This document shows, in pieces, positions 1-19,819 of a DNA stretch of 64,000 bases. This stretch comes from Podarcis tiliguerta (Eukaryota). The translations under genes were made by a program, and so were the position numbers. A model generated the notes under the pieces. The model was not told the origin of the DNA and ran no database searches. It saw nothing but the letters and a program-made list of their open reading frames with translations. Within the stretch, counting starts at the first letter, position 1, and each line of letters opens with the position of its first letter. Location: assembly GCA_965153285.1 (NCBI GenBank), contig OZ229117.1. One strand, given 5' to 3'.

Positions 1-548
1 GGTTAGTAGGGTTGTAAAAGGAGACCAGCAAGGGAAAGAACCTACAGGGTTCTGGAAGTTATATGGTTGACTGTTAGAGCCTGGCTGTAAGTGGATCAGG
101 ACAAAGAGGAACTATATAGTTTCATCTTCCTGTTTTCCTCAATGATCAACCAGATACCCCATTGGGAATCCCACACATAAGCATGTGATAGGCAGCAGCC
201 CTCTCTCCCATTCATATTCTGCAGCAGCAGGTATTCAGAGGAACGCTATATCTGATACTGGAGGCAGCTTCAGCCAGTGGGAGCCAGGTCAAAGCCATTT
301 GTTTCCTGTTAGTAGTTTGAGGCATCAGTTGCCCACCAGACTACTCATATGTATATTGCAGCATGGCTGTGTAGGGCCAGCAGGCTTATTTGGCTCTGTG
401 CTGTGGAAAGGTCAGTGAGGTTGGGCTGAGCAGCAATGAGAGCCCCTTCAGCTCTCACCTGCAGATGGTGAATCTAATACCCTTTTTTCCTGTGAGAGAC
501 TCCTCCTTGGACCCCTTCTTCATGTCAGGTACAACAGCAGGGCTGTAG

Positions 549-8215
<7,667 letters not shown>

Positions 8216-9181
8216 GCTCTGGCCCCACCCTCCTCACCCCACCTGGTTGGCCGAAGGAACGCTGGGCAGAGCGCTGTGACTCCAGAAATCCCCCCACTTG
8301 CACCATGGCCAGGGGAGCTGACGAGAGCAGCGGCTGCTGCAGAGCAGGAGGACTGGCCTTGCTCACCTTGATGAAGCATATCTCTTAAGACACTTGCTGG
8401 CTCGCTCTCTCTTCTCTCCTCTCCTGGCTGCTGAGCCACACTTGCCACAGAAGCCACGTTCCCCTTGTTTTGGAAGAGGGGGGAGGGGAGGTGCACTGTG
8501 GCACGTGCGACTGTTTCTCCCCGCCTGCCATCTTCTCTCCTCCGGTGGGCGTGGGCGAGTGAGTGAGTGAAGCGAGTTTTGTTTCGGCTCCTTGCTAGCC
8601 GGGTTACCACCTTCAGGCACTTTTCATCCAGAGTTCATGTTGGAAATGTATTCCAAGGATGCTGGTGACCCTTTCTCCTTGGAGTTCCCTGACGTGGGGG
8701 GCCTTTTCTACGCTTGACTGCACACCCCGAGGGCAGTGGCTTGAGTCTGAGAAGGGGATGGATAGGTGGACCTGCTGTTCTGGACAGAAGCTCTGCTTTG
8801 GAGGATTCAGTGGTGGAGGCAGCAACGTCAAGCTCTCTTTGGCCAGTGCCTCCCTCTCAGAAAGCATCATGATGGACGAGACTGGCTGCTCCCTCCAGCA
8901 AGTCGCTCTTCAGCGTGCCCCCACCCCAAATCTTGGAACTCCTCTTGTCTGATCCTTGGCTGTCAGCTGTGGTAGGTGGGTAGAAAGGAAATGTGTGTTG
9001 CTTAAAGATGGAAAGGGGGGGCACCATTTGCCTGCAGAAAGACTCATCTCAAGACTCCACTGCAAAGCTGCTTTCCCCCCTCAGCCCTTTTCATTTCCTG
9101 AGTCTGTCAGAGTCCTGGATTCCATTTGAATTCGTTCTCCTCCTGGGACGTTTGTGTTGTATCTGTAATATTGGCACTGAA

Positions 9182-9187
9182 AATAAA
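9182..9187 (+). terminator. Candidate AP1G1 polyadenylation signal
   Basis: AATAAA about 970 nt after the AP1G1 stop, preceded by TGTA elements and followed by T-rich sequence. Confidence 0.6.
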
Positions 9188-9443
9188 GACCATGCGGTTT
9201 AATGAGACCTTTCCTGCTTTTAGTAGCTGGTTTTGCAGCTCCTTGCATAGATGTTGAGCAGAGGACATTCCTGTTTTTGAAGGCCAAGATTCCAAAGTAT
9301 GACAACTCCCTAAGAGAGATGTTTTCAGGGCAGAAGTCAGTGGGTTAGGGGGGCATGTGTAGGATTCCAGCAGCAGCAAAGAAGGGGGAAACACTTTAGA
9401 GTTCCCATCTATGATTGGCTAAAGTTCCTAAAGCTCATTGCCA

Positions 9444-10037
9444 GCCTGTTTGCCTTACAGAAACAGAAGGTGTGTCTGCATCCACTGTTGGGTTGCGTGA
9501 CGGGAGAGGGGGAGCCAGGCAGAAGCACTTCAAGAGCCACAGGAAGTCCTCTAGACATGCACTATCCTAGCAAATGATTCGCTGCTGAGGACCTGTTGAC
9601 TGGAGCTGTGGTCAGCTGCCTCTCTCATCTACCCCCCAGTGAGACTTGATGTGTGTCCAGCTGGCAGTGCTGCTTTCATGAAGGACAGGATGAAATTGAG
9701 GCAGTGGGGAATGGGGCTTTGTGCTCTCACAGAGGACAGGATGAAATCAGGGCAGTGGGGAATGGGATTCTTGTGATTCTCCAGCCGACAATTATTACGC
9801 AAAGCTCACCAGCTGGATTGCTGGAGGTGGAGCTTGTGGAGTCCAAACAAGATTCTGAAGAAGTCTGCTCTTCACCACCACAGCAAAAAGAGCCTTGGGG
9901 ATCCCCGAAGACTAAGAAATGTATTTGGTTTGAGCTTCCTCTTCCTCATAGGATGAGCAGAGTTGGTTGTATGGCAAGACGCAGATGGCAGCACCGAGGA
10001 CTCTCTTCCTGTTGCAATCTGAACCTGTAAGATGATG
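9444..10037 (+). pseudogene. Possible decayed relic of the PHLPP2 terminal exon
   Basis: Colinear frameshifted peptides ACLPYRNRRC/[S]LHP (9444-9484), SWLYGK (9961-9978) and DGSTEDSLPVAI*TCKMM (9984-10037) resemble recalled PHLPP2 ALLPRPERRCSLHP ... [33 protein letters not shown]. Position and strand match the syntenic PHLPP2 slot. Confidence 0.45.
9682..9783. repeat. 51-bp tandem duplication (2 copies)
   Basis: aggacaggatgaaat..ggcagtggggaatggg.. starts at 9682 and again at 9733. Confidence 0.85.
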
Positions 10038-10331
10038 GCTTCTGTCCCCTCCCTTACCCCCCCCCCCCCGCAACTAATGATGGCAGGTCAGACAGTTGGG
10101 GGTTGGCAAGTCCTTTCGTCTTGCACAAACAAGTATCCCTCCAGGGGACACAGAGTTGAAGTAAGGTCACCTTTCCTTGCAAGGAGCTCAAAGTAGTACT
10201 GAAGGGTGTCATCCCCCCAATGTCCTCAGAGCAACTCTGAAGGAAAGGATAAGACTTTGGAGTGACTGCCCAAAGTTAAGTCATGGTTGTAGTGGAGATG
10301 TCAGCCCAGATTCTAGTCCAACCCTTTAACC

Positions 10332-10825
10332 CATAGGTTTTCAACCTTTGTGGGTCTACGGCTCCTTTGACCAACTACATTCTTTCTGTGGCACCCCTGT
10401 GGGGCTCAGAAGCCCAATTATGTCACCCCTTGCCTGCAGAGCTGGCAGCCCCTTTTTTTGAACACCCTCCCTTATGGAATGCTCCCTCAGCCTCCTCTCC
10501 TCCCCCCTCTCCTTGGGAGTCCTCTAGGCAGCTGCAGCTACCACCCCTGGTCTCTGAGCTGCCCCCCTCCGCCCCCAAAAGAAGTGCTGCCTCACCCTGA
10601 CCCACAAAGGCCTGGGAAGCACCCCCTAGCTAGCCCCAGAGGCAGCATTCACTTGGGGAGCTGCTGCAACAAACAGCTGTGCAAGGCTCTGGGAGGCAGA
10701 GACGCAAGAGGGCATCAGAGGAGGGAAGGAAGGAAAGAGGCACAAAGGCCAGTGTTGCCCATGGCACCCCTTGCCATCATTCAAGGCACCCCAGGGTGCC
10801 ACAGCACACTGGTTGAAAACCACTG
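10332..10825. mobile_element. Non-autonomous hAT DNA transposon
   Basis: TIRs CATAGGTTTTCAACC / GGTTGAAAACCACTG; perfect 8-bp TSD CTTTAACC at 10324-10331 and 10826-10833; appears inserted into an older SINE-like sequence. Confidence 0.88.
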
Positions 10826-11985
10826 CTTTAACCACTCCACCATCTCCTTCCCTTGTAAGAGGCAGCCAGGAGCTCTGATGACTGTGCTGGAAATGAGATA
10901 TGACCCACCTGTGAACTCTACAGCTGCTTTTATCATGGGCTACGCTGTCTGAGGCAATTGAACCTGTGGCCATCTAGGTGTTGATGATGGGAGCTGGGAG
11001 TTGAGCATCCCCACCCCTCAACTGAAGGATCTTTTTACACAGTGGCCCATCTTCCTCTCCCTCCATTTCCCACAGTGGAAGGTCCAGACTTATTGTGAAG
11101 GGAGAGCCTGTGTGGAATAACTTAACTATGTTGCGCTTTTGTTAACACAGGCTGGTACCTAAACCCCAGTCTAACTTGAGGTGTTACACGTTGAGTATAG
11201 GATACCTCTATGCCTGCAGGAGGCAGGGTACAAATAGGTTGAATAACACAATTCCTACAATAATTGTGCTTTCTGGCCCTTAAAGTAGGTGTAGCAGAGG
11301 GTGGCAGTCCTACTGGGTTGGGTATTGCTCAAAAAATTTGTCACATTAAAGCAATGGCCTTCCAGATGTTGCTGTACTAGAATCATCATCCTTGACCATT
11401 TAGCATGTTGCCTGGGGCTGATGGGCGAACTACATGTGGAGGGCCCCTGTTTCCCAGCTCTTCCTTCAAAGGTTTCTCAAATCTCGCCTTCCTTTCTGAG
11501 GGGTGGGTGTGGGACTAAGCTACAGAAAAAGTTTTATTGGACAAATGTTTTTGGATATGCAGAATTTCCCTTTGGGGACCACAGTAACTGCCAGGCTTTG
11601 GGAGACAGCCTTCTATGAGCTGTTGAGAGAATGTTGGTGTAATGTGCCAAAAAAGCTCTAGAGTTTCAAGGAAGAGAGTACTAAATGCTCAGTTAAATAG
11701 GACCTCAGGGAATGTAGGTGTTCCAAGGTGTTGAAGTTCTTCTGTGTGTATTGCTGGAAATGCAGTTAAATGCACCCCTTGGAAGTGAGCTGGCTTTTGC
11801 TAGGAGAATGAGTTCCCTCTTCCGCCTCATCAATGCACATCACTGTCAGGTGTTTTGTGGGGGGGGGGGGGAGGAGATGCTTCTCTACATTGAGGCGGTC
11901 AAATGCAGCAAGCCCAAAGAAAGTCCAAGATCTCTAGTGGTGTCTTTTGACATACGCATTTAAAGTGAATTACCAAGGTAGTGAT

Positions 11986-11991
11986 TTTATT
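11986..11991 (-). terminator. Candidate MARVELD3 polyadenylation signal
   Basis: TTTATT on + (AATAAA on -) about 620 nt past the MARVELD3 stop. Confidence 0.4.
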
Positions 11992-12610
11992 GTTGTACAA
12001 AAGTACTATATTCCATAATGAAAACAATTTGAAACAAGGCTGCACAGAACATCTAGTAGAAGCATTTGCCTTCAAGGCAAATGTGTAACTTCCTCATCAA
12101 GGAAGCAGCTCAACGAGGTGAATGGAAGAAGGAATGAAAAACGTTTTCTCTGGCATTGTAAGAAGGGGTGGGTGGAAAAAGACACAGATTTTGCTTTCTA
12201 TAAGAGGACTGGGTTTTTTACTGGGGGTACCAACAAGATGGCACTTTGCCCCAAGGCATATATTGAAAGTCTCTGGTCAACGCTCTCTAAAGGCATGATC
12301 TGAAAGGAAAAAGGAATGCAGAGGGAAGAAAGCACGTGCTGGTTGGTGATGGGACCAAGTTGGTCTTCTTGCCATTACAGGTGACGTTCTATATTAAAGA
12401 GGAGCAGGGAGTAGTCTTGCTAGACTTTTTATCAGTATGTATGATGGGAAAGAAATAGGAGCTTGGAGAATGTTTACAAAACTGTGAAGGTAGGGTTTAG
12501 ACAGAAAGTGATCACTGCCACCACTGTACATGGTTCAAAGGCACTGCTTAGCTTGGCTTAATATGCTGCTCCATCCTGCTCTCCCTTCAACTCAGGCAGC
12601 AGAGGCCAAG

Positions 12611-14680
12611 CTAGTGCTCATAGCTGTGTGATGATGGTTTTGCTTGGAGGGTCCGGACAATCTTGAAGCCACGGACAGCCAACACAACGGCAACAGCGAA
12701 GGCCACAATGGCCGCCCCAGCAAAGAAGCCCACAGCGATCTCTGCTCCATGCAAACTGCAGCCAAAGCCCCTGTAGCCTTTGCTCTGGTAGAGGTTTTCT
12801 CGCTCTTTGCACAGAGAGGAGGCATAGATCTCGTGAAGGCGATGGTAGTAGAAGTACAAAGCTGGCACAAGACCAATTGCAATGGCCACATCCAGAATGG
12901 CCTCCGCTATAAGCCAGGCTGGGCAATGCCAGGGTACTCGGAAGAGACTAGCCACAATCTGGAAGCAGGCAAAGGCCATCAGTGCCCCTCCAACTGCCAT
13001 GGCCACCTGGGCTGGTGGCACCTTGAGTTGGTGGAACTGGGCATCCAACTGCTGTGCCTTCTCCCCGTCAGCTCCACTGAGGCCACTGTAGGCCCCGCCG
13101 TATTGGTAGTAGTAAATGCTCCCCAGACTGAAAAGACCAGTGTAGCCACCTGTCGAATTGTAGGAGACTGAGCTGCAGATGACAATCAGCATGCAGAGGA
13201 GGAGCTGGAGCTGTTGGCAGCAGGCTAAGAAGCAAGGGCAGAGGGGTCTGTTAGCGCCATTTCTCTAGTGCTGTGGGGCCTCAGCCTGTGTGGAAGGTGG
13301 AGAAACGGGGACGGCACTTAGCCCCTCCAGGTCCACTCATAGAGGTCAACTTTGTGGGTGGATTGGATCCCAAATCTTACTGGGGTTAAGGGAGCATATC
13401 TGAGCAGGCAGTGACTATCCTTCCTTCCCTGTTTCTACCAGGGCATCTTCTGCCCCAATGCCACATTGAAAGACTTTTCATACCTGAGGTTAGTGACCTC
13501 AGAGCTCCCCTCATGTTTCACCCTTAGTTTTAGGCCAGGGATAGGGAGCCCCAGGCATCAAATATGGTTTCCTGGGTTCCTCTAATGGCTTTTGGGACTT
13601 CCTCAGGCCATGTCCCATGCAAGCCTCACCTCACACCCCTGCAGTGTTTTACCTGCTGCAAGAATGCCCCCTTGAATTCTGATAATTTATCTTGCTCCCC
13701 TGGTGGAGACACAGGGAGAGAGGGATGTGTGAATAAATTAACATTTGTTGCCCCACCCACACTGGCCATATGGCCCCTGTAAAGTTGACTAGAATGGAAT
13801 ATGGTCCTTGGGCTGAAAAAGTTTATTCACCCCTCTTTTAGGCGGGGAGGAAACTGGGGTGACCTGGCAGCCTCGTGGGTGCCACCCTACTCCCTGGAGG
13901 GAGCTTGTGCAGACCACAGAGGCCTGAGGATTGTGAAAGAGCAAAGTGGTTCAATCCAGGTGGGGAAAGGCCATAGGCGTATTCAGGACGTGAGCGGGCA
14001 GCAGCGCAAGCCAAGCGGCTGGAGTGGGCCCTGCCAGGCAAGGCGGGAGGGGGGGGACCTGCCCATCTGCCTTGACGGCTGAGCAGCACACACACACTGC
14101 CCCCCTCGCCAGCAAGCTGTGGGGCCACAGGCCTGTCCCTCGCGACTTTTGGGCAGCCTGCGAAGAGAGGGGTGGCAGCGTCTGGCTGGCAAGCACCCCG
14201 TCCCCGCGAGGCAACAGCCCTTTTGCCCGCCCCATCAGGGAAGCTGCCAGTGGCCTCGCCCACACAGAGCTCACCAGCGGGCAGCGGCGGGGAAGGAGGA
14301 GGAGCTACAAACACAATCTCCCCCCCCCCCCATCGCAGCCCGGGCGCCTCATCCCACGAGGGGAAGGGGGCGTGTCGTCGACATCGTACCGCCCTGACCC
14401 ACCCCATCGCGGGCCAGTAGGGACATCTAACCCGGCCCGGGCCCTCACCTCTGGCCGTGCACAGGGCGCGACATAGCGGTTTGTCCAGAAGGCCGCCTCC
14501 GCCTCGGGCCTCGGCAGGGGCGTCCAAAGAGGCCAATGTGGTGCCTCGGGAGGGAGGGGGGCGGTGCTCGTGCTGGTGCTGCTGCCGCCACGGCCACGGC
14601 TGCTCTCCTACCGCCACCACCGCCGGCCGGTCGTGACGCCAGTCCCGCGGCATCCCGGGTCTCCTCCCGGCGTCCGCCAT
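12611..14680 (-). CDS. MARVELD3: MARVEL domain-containing protein 3 (tight junction), about 281 aa
   Basis: Exon 14680-14449 (gagccATGG; [28 protein letters not shown], donor gtgagg) joins in phase 1 to exon 13224-12611 ([52 protein letters not shown].., four hydrophobic segments, TAG). Confidence 0.93.
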
Positions 14681-15110
14681 GGCTCGCAGGGAGGTCTGGG
14701 TGGGGCGTCCCAGGTGAGCGCGGCGGCGCCGCCTCCTGGGCGGAGATTGGCCGGGGTTGGTGTAGGTGGGAGGCAGGTGTCCGTCTCGCCTAGGAGCCGC
14801 CGCCCGACAGAGGGGGCTAGTCGCTGCCGGCGCTTGCCGAGGGGCGCTTCCCCAGCAGCCGTCGAGGAAGTCAGGGCGGGTCTGGAAAGGCCCAAGGCAG
14901 TCCCTGGACAAACCGCTATTGCTGCCCGTCCAGGCCCGATGTTCGGTGGTCCCGGTGGCCGCTGGCCTTCCTGGTCCCACCACAAGATGGCTTTTTTTTA
15001 GGATGTAGCGGGAAAAGATGTCCAAGGGCTCAAGGGCTTCTCCGCCATAGGTGCGCCCCTCCCTCCCCCGCCCGACTCGGCTTCTCGCCCATTGCCCCAC
15101 TAAGCAGCGG
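14400..15110 (-). promoter_or_regulatory. MARVELD3 CpG-island promoter with GC box, CCAAT box and two CAGGTG E-boxes
   Basis: CpG-dense; GGGCGG and ATTGG at about 14738-14750; CAGGTG at 14711-14716 and 14774-14779. Confidence 0.7.
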
Positions 15111-15125
15111 TCTCTTGGCACTCTT

Positions 15126-15527
15126 TTTTTTTAAATAATATTTTTATTAGGATTTTCACATAAAAGAAGAAAAAGAAAAATACAAAGAAATAAAAACAAA
15201 TAAAAACAATTCAATTATAATATTTCTTGCGTTTGCTTGTTTCCCGGACTTCCCCACAACTCCCCTCTTTGTATTCCAGTTCAGCCATTTAGTCAGCAAA
15301 TCCCTTCCCTCTACCTTATCCTTATCTTAGTATATTATACCTTTAGTTTTTCCTCTTTTAACCATCCATTTTTTCATATTCCTTCACCACATTATTACTA
15401 ATAACCCTGTAGCCTCAATCCAACATCATTCTAACATTCATTAATTTTATAATATTTCTGTAGATAGTCTTTAAATTTCTTTCAATCTTCCTCCACCAGC
15501 TCTTCTCCCTGGTCTCGGATTCTGCCT
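15126..15527 (-). mobile_element. 5'-truncated L1-clade LINE insertion
   Basis: Poly(T) at the left end; ORF2-terminus-like text on - (..EEDWKKFKDYLQKYYKINEC*-like); 17-bp TSD GGTCTCTTGGCACTCTT at 15109-15125 and 15528-15544. Confidence 0.85.
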
Positions 15528-18500
15528 GGTCTCTTGGCACTCTTGGCCATACCTGACTCTGGTAACAATCCAGGATTAGAGGGAAAGGAGAGAACTGGAG
15601 GTCCTTCTCAGCACCCTGATGATGGCACTGCCCTTTGCAGCCTTGGATGATCTCCCTCACTGGCTTTGTGTTGATTCTGAGCATCAGGGGGTGCAGAAAT
15701 GGACTCGGTGCAGCCCTTCCTCATTCTTGTGGGACTGCACAGAAACCACAGGACAGGAAGGAATAGAACCACTGCCACTCAGTCCTTGTCCATCCATGGC
15801 TCACCCTCTACATGTCCAGCTGAGCAGGACTAGATAAAGAGCCCTAAGCCCATGGGAAGGGCATGGCTGCTGCCAGCTAAAGTAGAGGCTAGATGATCCT
15901 CTGTTCTGACGGTATTCATTCATTCACTCACCTGTTCAGCTGAAAGCAGGAGGCAGGGATGAGGAACCTACAGCCCACCACAAAATCCCTGTCACCATCA
16001 GCCATGCTGGCCAGAGGAAGCTGATAGGAGTTAGAGCCCATCCTGACACCAGAGAAGTTCAGCAGGTGGATCAGGCCAAGGTGAGCCCCTCTTGCCCAAC
16101 ATCCTGTTTCTAATCAGACATCACTGAGAGTCCCACAAGCAGGATCAGGATGTTGCCCACCTACAGCAGCTCAGATTTGGCCTCTGGGCATGGAGGCTTA
16201 ATTCAGTGCTCATGGGTAGTTGCAGTTGCTAGACTTCTTCTCCCCCATGACTTCATTTATGACCCTGTTTAGGCTGTCTGTCTGCAAAAAATGCAATTAC
16301 TTTTGGTACCTTCATTATTTTGAGCGTGGAACAATTGCTCATTTGCTCTACCCAAAAGTAACAAGGGGAAGGGATTTACTTTCTCTCTGTCTTCTCTTAA
16401 ACAAACATAACTTGCTAATCTGGGCAATATAACTGTGTCCCGTGATTTCAGAAGCTGGTTTTAGAAAAAATTAGTCTTTGTATCCCAGGGGTTCTCACCA
16501 AATGCAGCTGGGCCAAACCCTAGAAAGCAACTGAAGCCCATCCAAGGAGGAGACCTTTTCTGCGTTCTCTCCTCCACCTGGCTGCCACCTTCACCACCTT
16601 CCTCCTCTGCTTTCCAGCTGGAATTTCAACCAGAGGCTCTCCTGAGAGATTCTCATCCCCAGGTACCACTATCTTGGCTGAAGGCACCTTGTTTCTCAAG
16701 GGCAGGCAAGAGCAGAGAGCATTGTGCCACTATGGCTTGATGGGAGGAACCTTTCACTTACTGTCTTCTTTCTATTTCAAGTGGTTGTCATGCCAAAGGC
16801 CTGCCTCCTCTCCATGGCCTGAAGTTCCATGATGCCTTCATGGTGAGGGTGAGGCAAGCATGGGCTCAGGTGTGTGTGAGTTGGCCATTGGTATCTGGGT
16901 TCTGAGGGCTTTGGGGAAATGCTAACCTAGTGGCCAGCCAGTGCTTCTGCCTCCCTGCCCCCCAATTGCATTTTTCTAGCCAGATGGTATCATTTCAGGT
17001 GAAGCTGGCGAGGTTTGGCTCTGATACTTCTCCCTTAGCTCTGAATCCTTCATTGAATTATTTTGATGAGGGAGGAAGATGGTTTTTTTTTTGCATTTGG
17101 GTACTAGATTTTGGGTACTGGCATTTTATGGAGGCCTCCTCCATAGCAATTTGTGGTCACTGATTCAGCATCTTAAGAAATGCTCTTTGTATTTCTGCTC
17201 AGGGGCATTTTGTCCATCTAGGTATCTCTTGGAGACCAAAGTACTTTAAGCAGCATTTCTAGAGGCAGATCATCTGCTTTGCACAATAAGAAGGTCCAAG
17301 TGGAATGGTGGAGGCTGCTCCATTAGGGTGAATGGAGTGCAACCCTACCAACCTCACTCTGCCCTCAGCCAGCCAGCCCCACCTGGACTTGTGGGTGGGT
17401 GGGGAATATGGGGCTTTAACCGTTTTGTCCCCTGTATAGACTTGATTAAGATGATGTATTAGCATACACACATGCTCAAGCCAGCAGCCTGTGTTTGGGT
17501 AGGGGAACTTCCAAGGCCCGAATCCAAATTGGAACCATAGCAGGGAGCAGACAGATAAAGCTGCTCTACCCTGACACCATGGTCATGTTTTGGATTGGGG
17601 CCCCCAGCCTGGCAACATGTAGAAAACAAAAAAACTCCTTCATTTAAGAGCACAGATTTTGTGATAAAATAATTACCGGTATCCTGTTGGAACACCATCA
17701 CCACCCCACTCCCCTACAGATGTGTACATTGCTAGCTGGCAGTGGTGTATTGATTACCATCTAGGTTGCAAAATGTACTCTGACTGCTAGAAAATTAAGA
17801 GCCAGAAGAAAAGGAGGGGGCTGTGTGTGAATGGGATGTGCTTTTACTCTGTTATGTTTGTAGTGTATAGGCACAGGTTTATATGGAGGGTCCATGTCCC
17901 CTTTGTTTCTGAGAGAAGTTGTACTTAAACTAAGTATGAGGTGCTTTTTATGCAATACTGTACGTTAAGAAACCTGCATTTTCACATGTATTCTATATTA
18001 CCATTTTTGTATTGAATCGTGGTGGCCTATGGCTTTGAACAAGAAAGAGATACTTTAGTTGGACCCTCAGGGCAGCCTGGAGCCAAAGTTATGAATCATG
18101 TGCTCTGGACAAACAAAGCTGTGTTGTCCCTCCCTCTGGGCCTTGCTAGGGATTGCTGCTGGGATTTTCCATGAAACTGTAAGAGGGAAGGTGGAAACCG
18201 GTATAACCAAAGCACAGGGTATTTTGCGGTTGTCTGGATCTGAAAAGACAAAGCCAGAAGGAACTTGTGTGCCACATAGATGGCATCCTTGCATCTGATT
18301 TTAGGAAGTGGGAGGAGACTGGGCAGCAGTGCCACGTGGAAAGGATGTTAGGACGTATTTGTAGCAATGTCATTGTGGGAAGCTCCCTGCAAGATTTGCT
18401 GTTCCAAACTTGAATGATACTGAAGCACAAAACAAACATGATTTGTGCAACTCCTGCTCAGACTGAACTCTCTGGGAAGCCTTGGCTGCCCTTGGTCTCC

Positions 18501-19819
18501 ATTCTCAGCTGGTGCCCCCCCCCACTCATTCCTCCAGGCTGCCCCTTAACAAACACATTCCCATTTCCTATCATTACATCTTCCATAACTCTTTATGAAA
18601 TAAAATATTCTCTTGCATTCAAATAAGCCCCTTCTCAGCTCTGCCAAGATTGTCACAAAATGTCGTGAGTGCATTGTGCATGGGGATGGGGGGTGTCTAG
18701 TATTTTATTTAAAGCTTCTTGACTTCAGTGTTTGATTGCACAACCTCTGGAAATACTTTTGTTCATTCTGTGGGTTCTTAAGATACATCAGTTCTCGTTT
18801 ATTGTAACAAGCAGCATTTTCAGCCATCATGAATGGGACGTTTCGCTTTAACGTTACTTCCTGTAGGCTGAGCAAAATCTTTAAAACATCAGCAAACATG
18901 TTTATAGCAGAATGCTCTCCTAATTAGTCATGGTTCCTTTCAATTTAGTGTCCTTTCATGTGAAGTTGGCTGACTCTTTCAGTAGCAAGCAGGTGAAGGG
19001 AGGGCAGCAGTCAGCCTGTTTAAAGGGCATCTTCTTAGATTTCCATGACCTGCCCTAGTGTGAGGTGGGGTCAGTAAGGTGCATGTCCATGAAAGGGGCA
19101 GTAAGCCTGCCAATCTTACCATGGGACTGGGGTGGAGAGAGAGAGAGACTTAATTTATCTCTACAGACACTATAAACCTAATGGGGGAACAAGAGCTGTT
19201 GGGAGTGTTTATGCTTAGACTCCTTCTGCCTTCTACCCTGCCTGCACATACATACAAATAAATTGTGCATCCCAAAGACACCATAAGCCTTCACACAGCA
19301 GCCTTCATTCCAAAGAAACCAAACCCATGGTATGTGTTGGGACCCCTGAAACTTTACCGCTTGGAGATGTGTTGCACATAACAACACTTCCTAGAATCTG
19401 CAGAACTTTCTGAAATTCCACAAGTTTTGATTTTGAGATAGGCAATTGGCACAATGTTATTGTAACAACATCAGCTTCCTTTGAGTCCATCAGCTTCTAT
19501 CATATTTTTCCATCTTTTTCAATGTATTTATTTATTGGTATTGGTATTTGTATTATAAGGTTGCAGGGCAAGTAAGGAAGGCACAAAAACAATGGTTGGT
19601 ATTTGATGCTAGTTCCACTCTGAGCAGACCCACTGAAGCTAATGGTCATAACTAACTTAGATTCATTCAAGGTGATGGAAGGTCATGTGAGGAAGACCTG
19701 CTTGGTAGTGGCTATCAAGTTCAGGAACACACTTCCTGGGAATTCAGCTACCACCAACATCACCCCAACTTCTTTCATCTGCTTTGCATATATGATGTCC
19801 CAGGTTCAATCCCTTACAG

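Noticed and set aside
14608-14985. Alternative-frame peptide [18 protein letters not shown] resembling part of the human MARVELD3 N-terminus
   Set aside because: No ATG or splice path joins it to the MARVEL exon and it stops at 14608. The Kozak ATG frame gives a complete gene, so this is treated as coincidence in GC-rich DNA.
13838-15121. 427-aa minus-strand ORF
   Set aside because: Stop-poor GC-rich CpG island; only 14680-14449 is real coding sequence (MARVELD3 exon 1).
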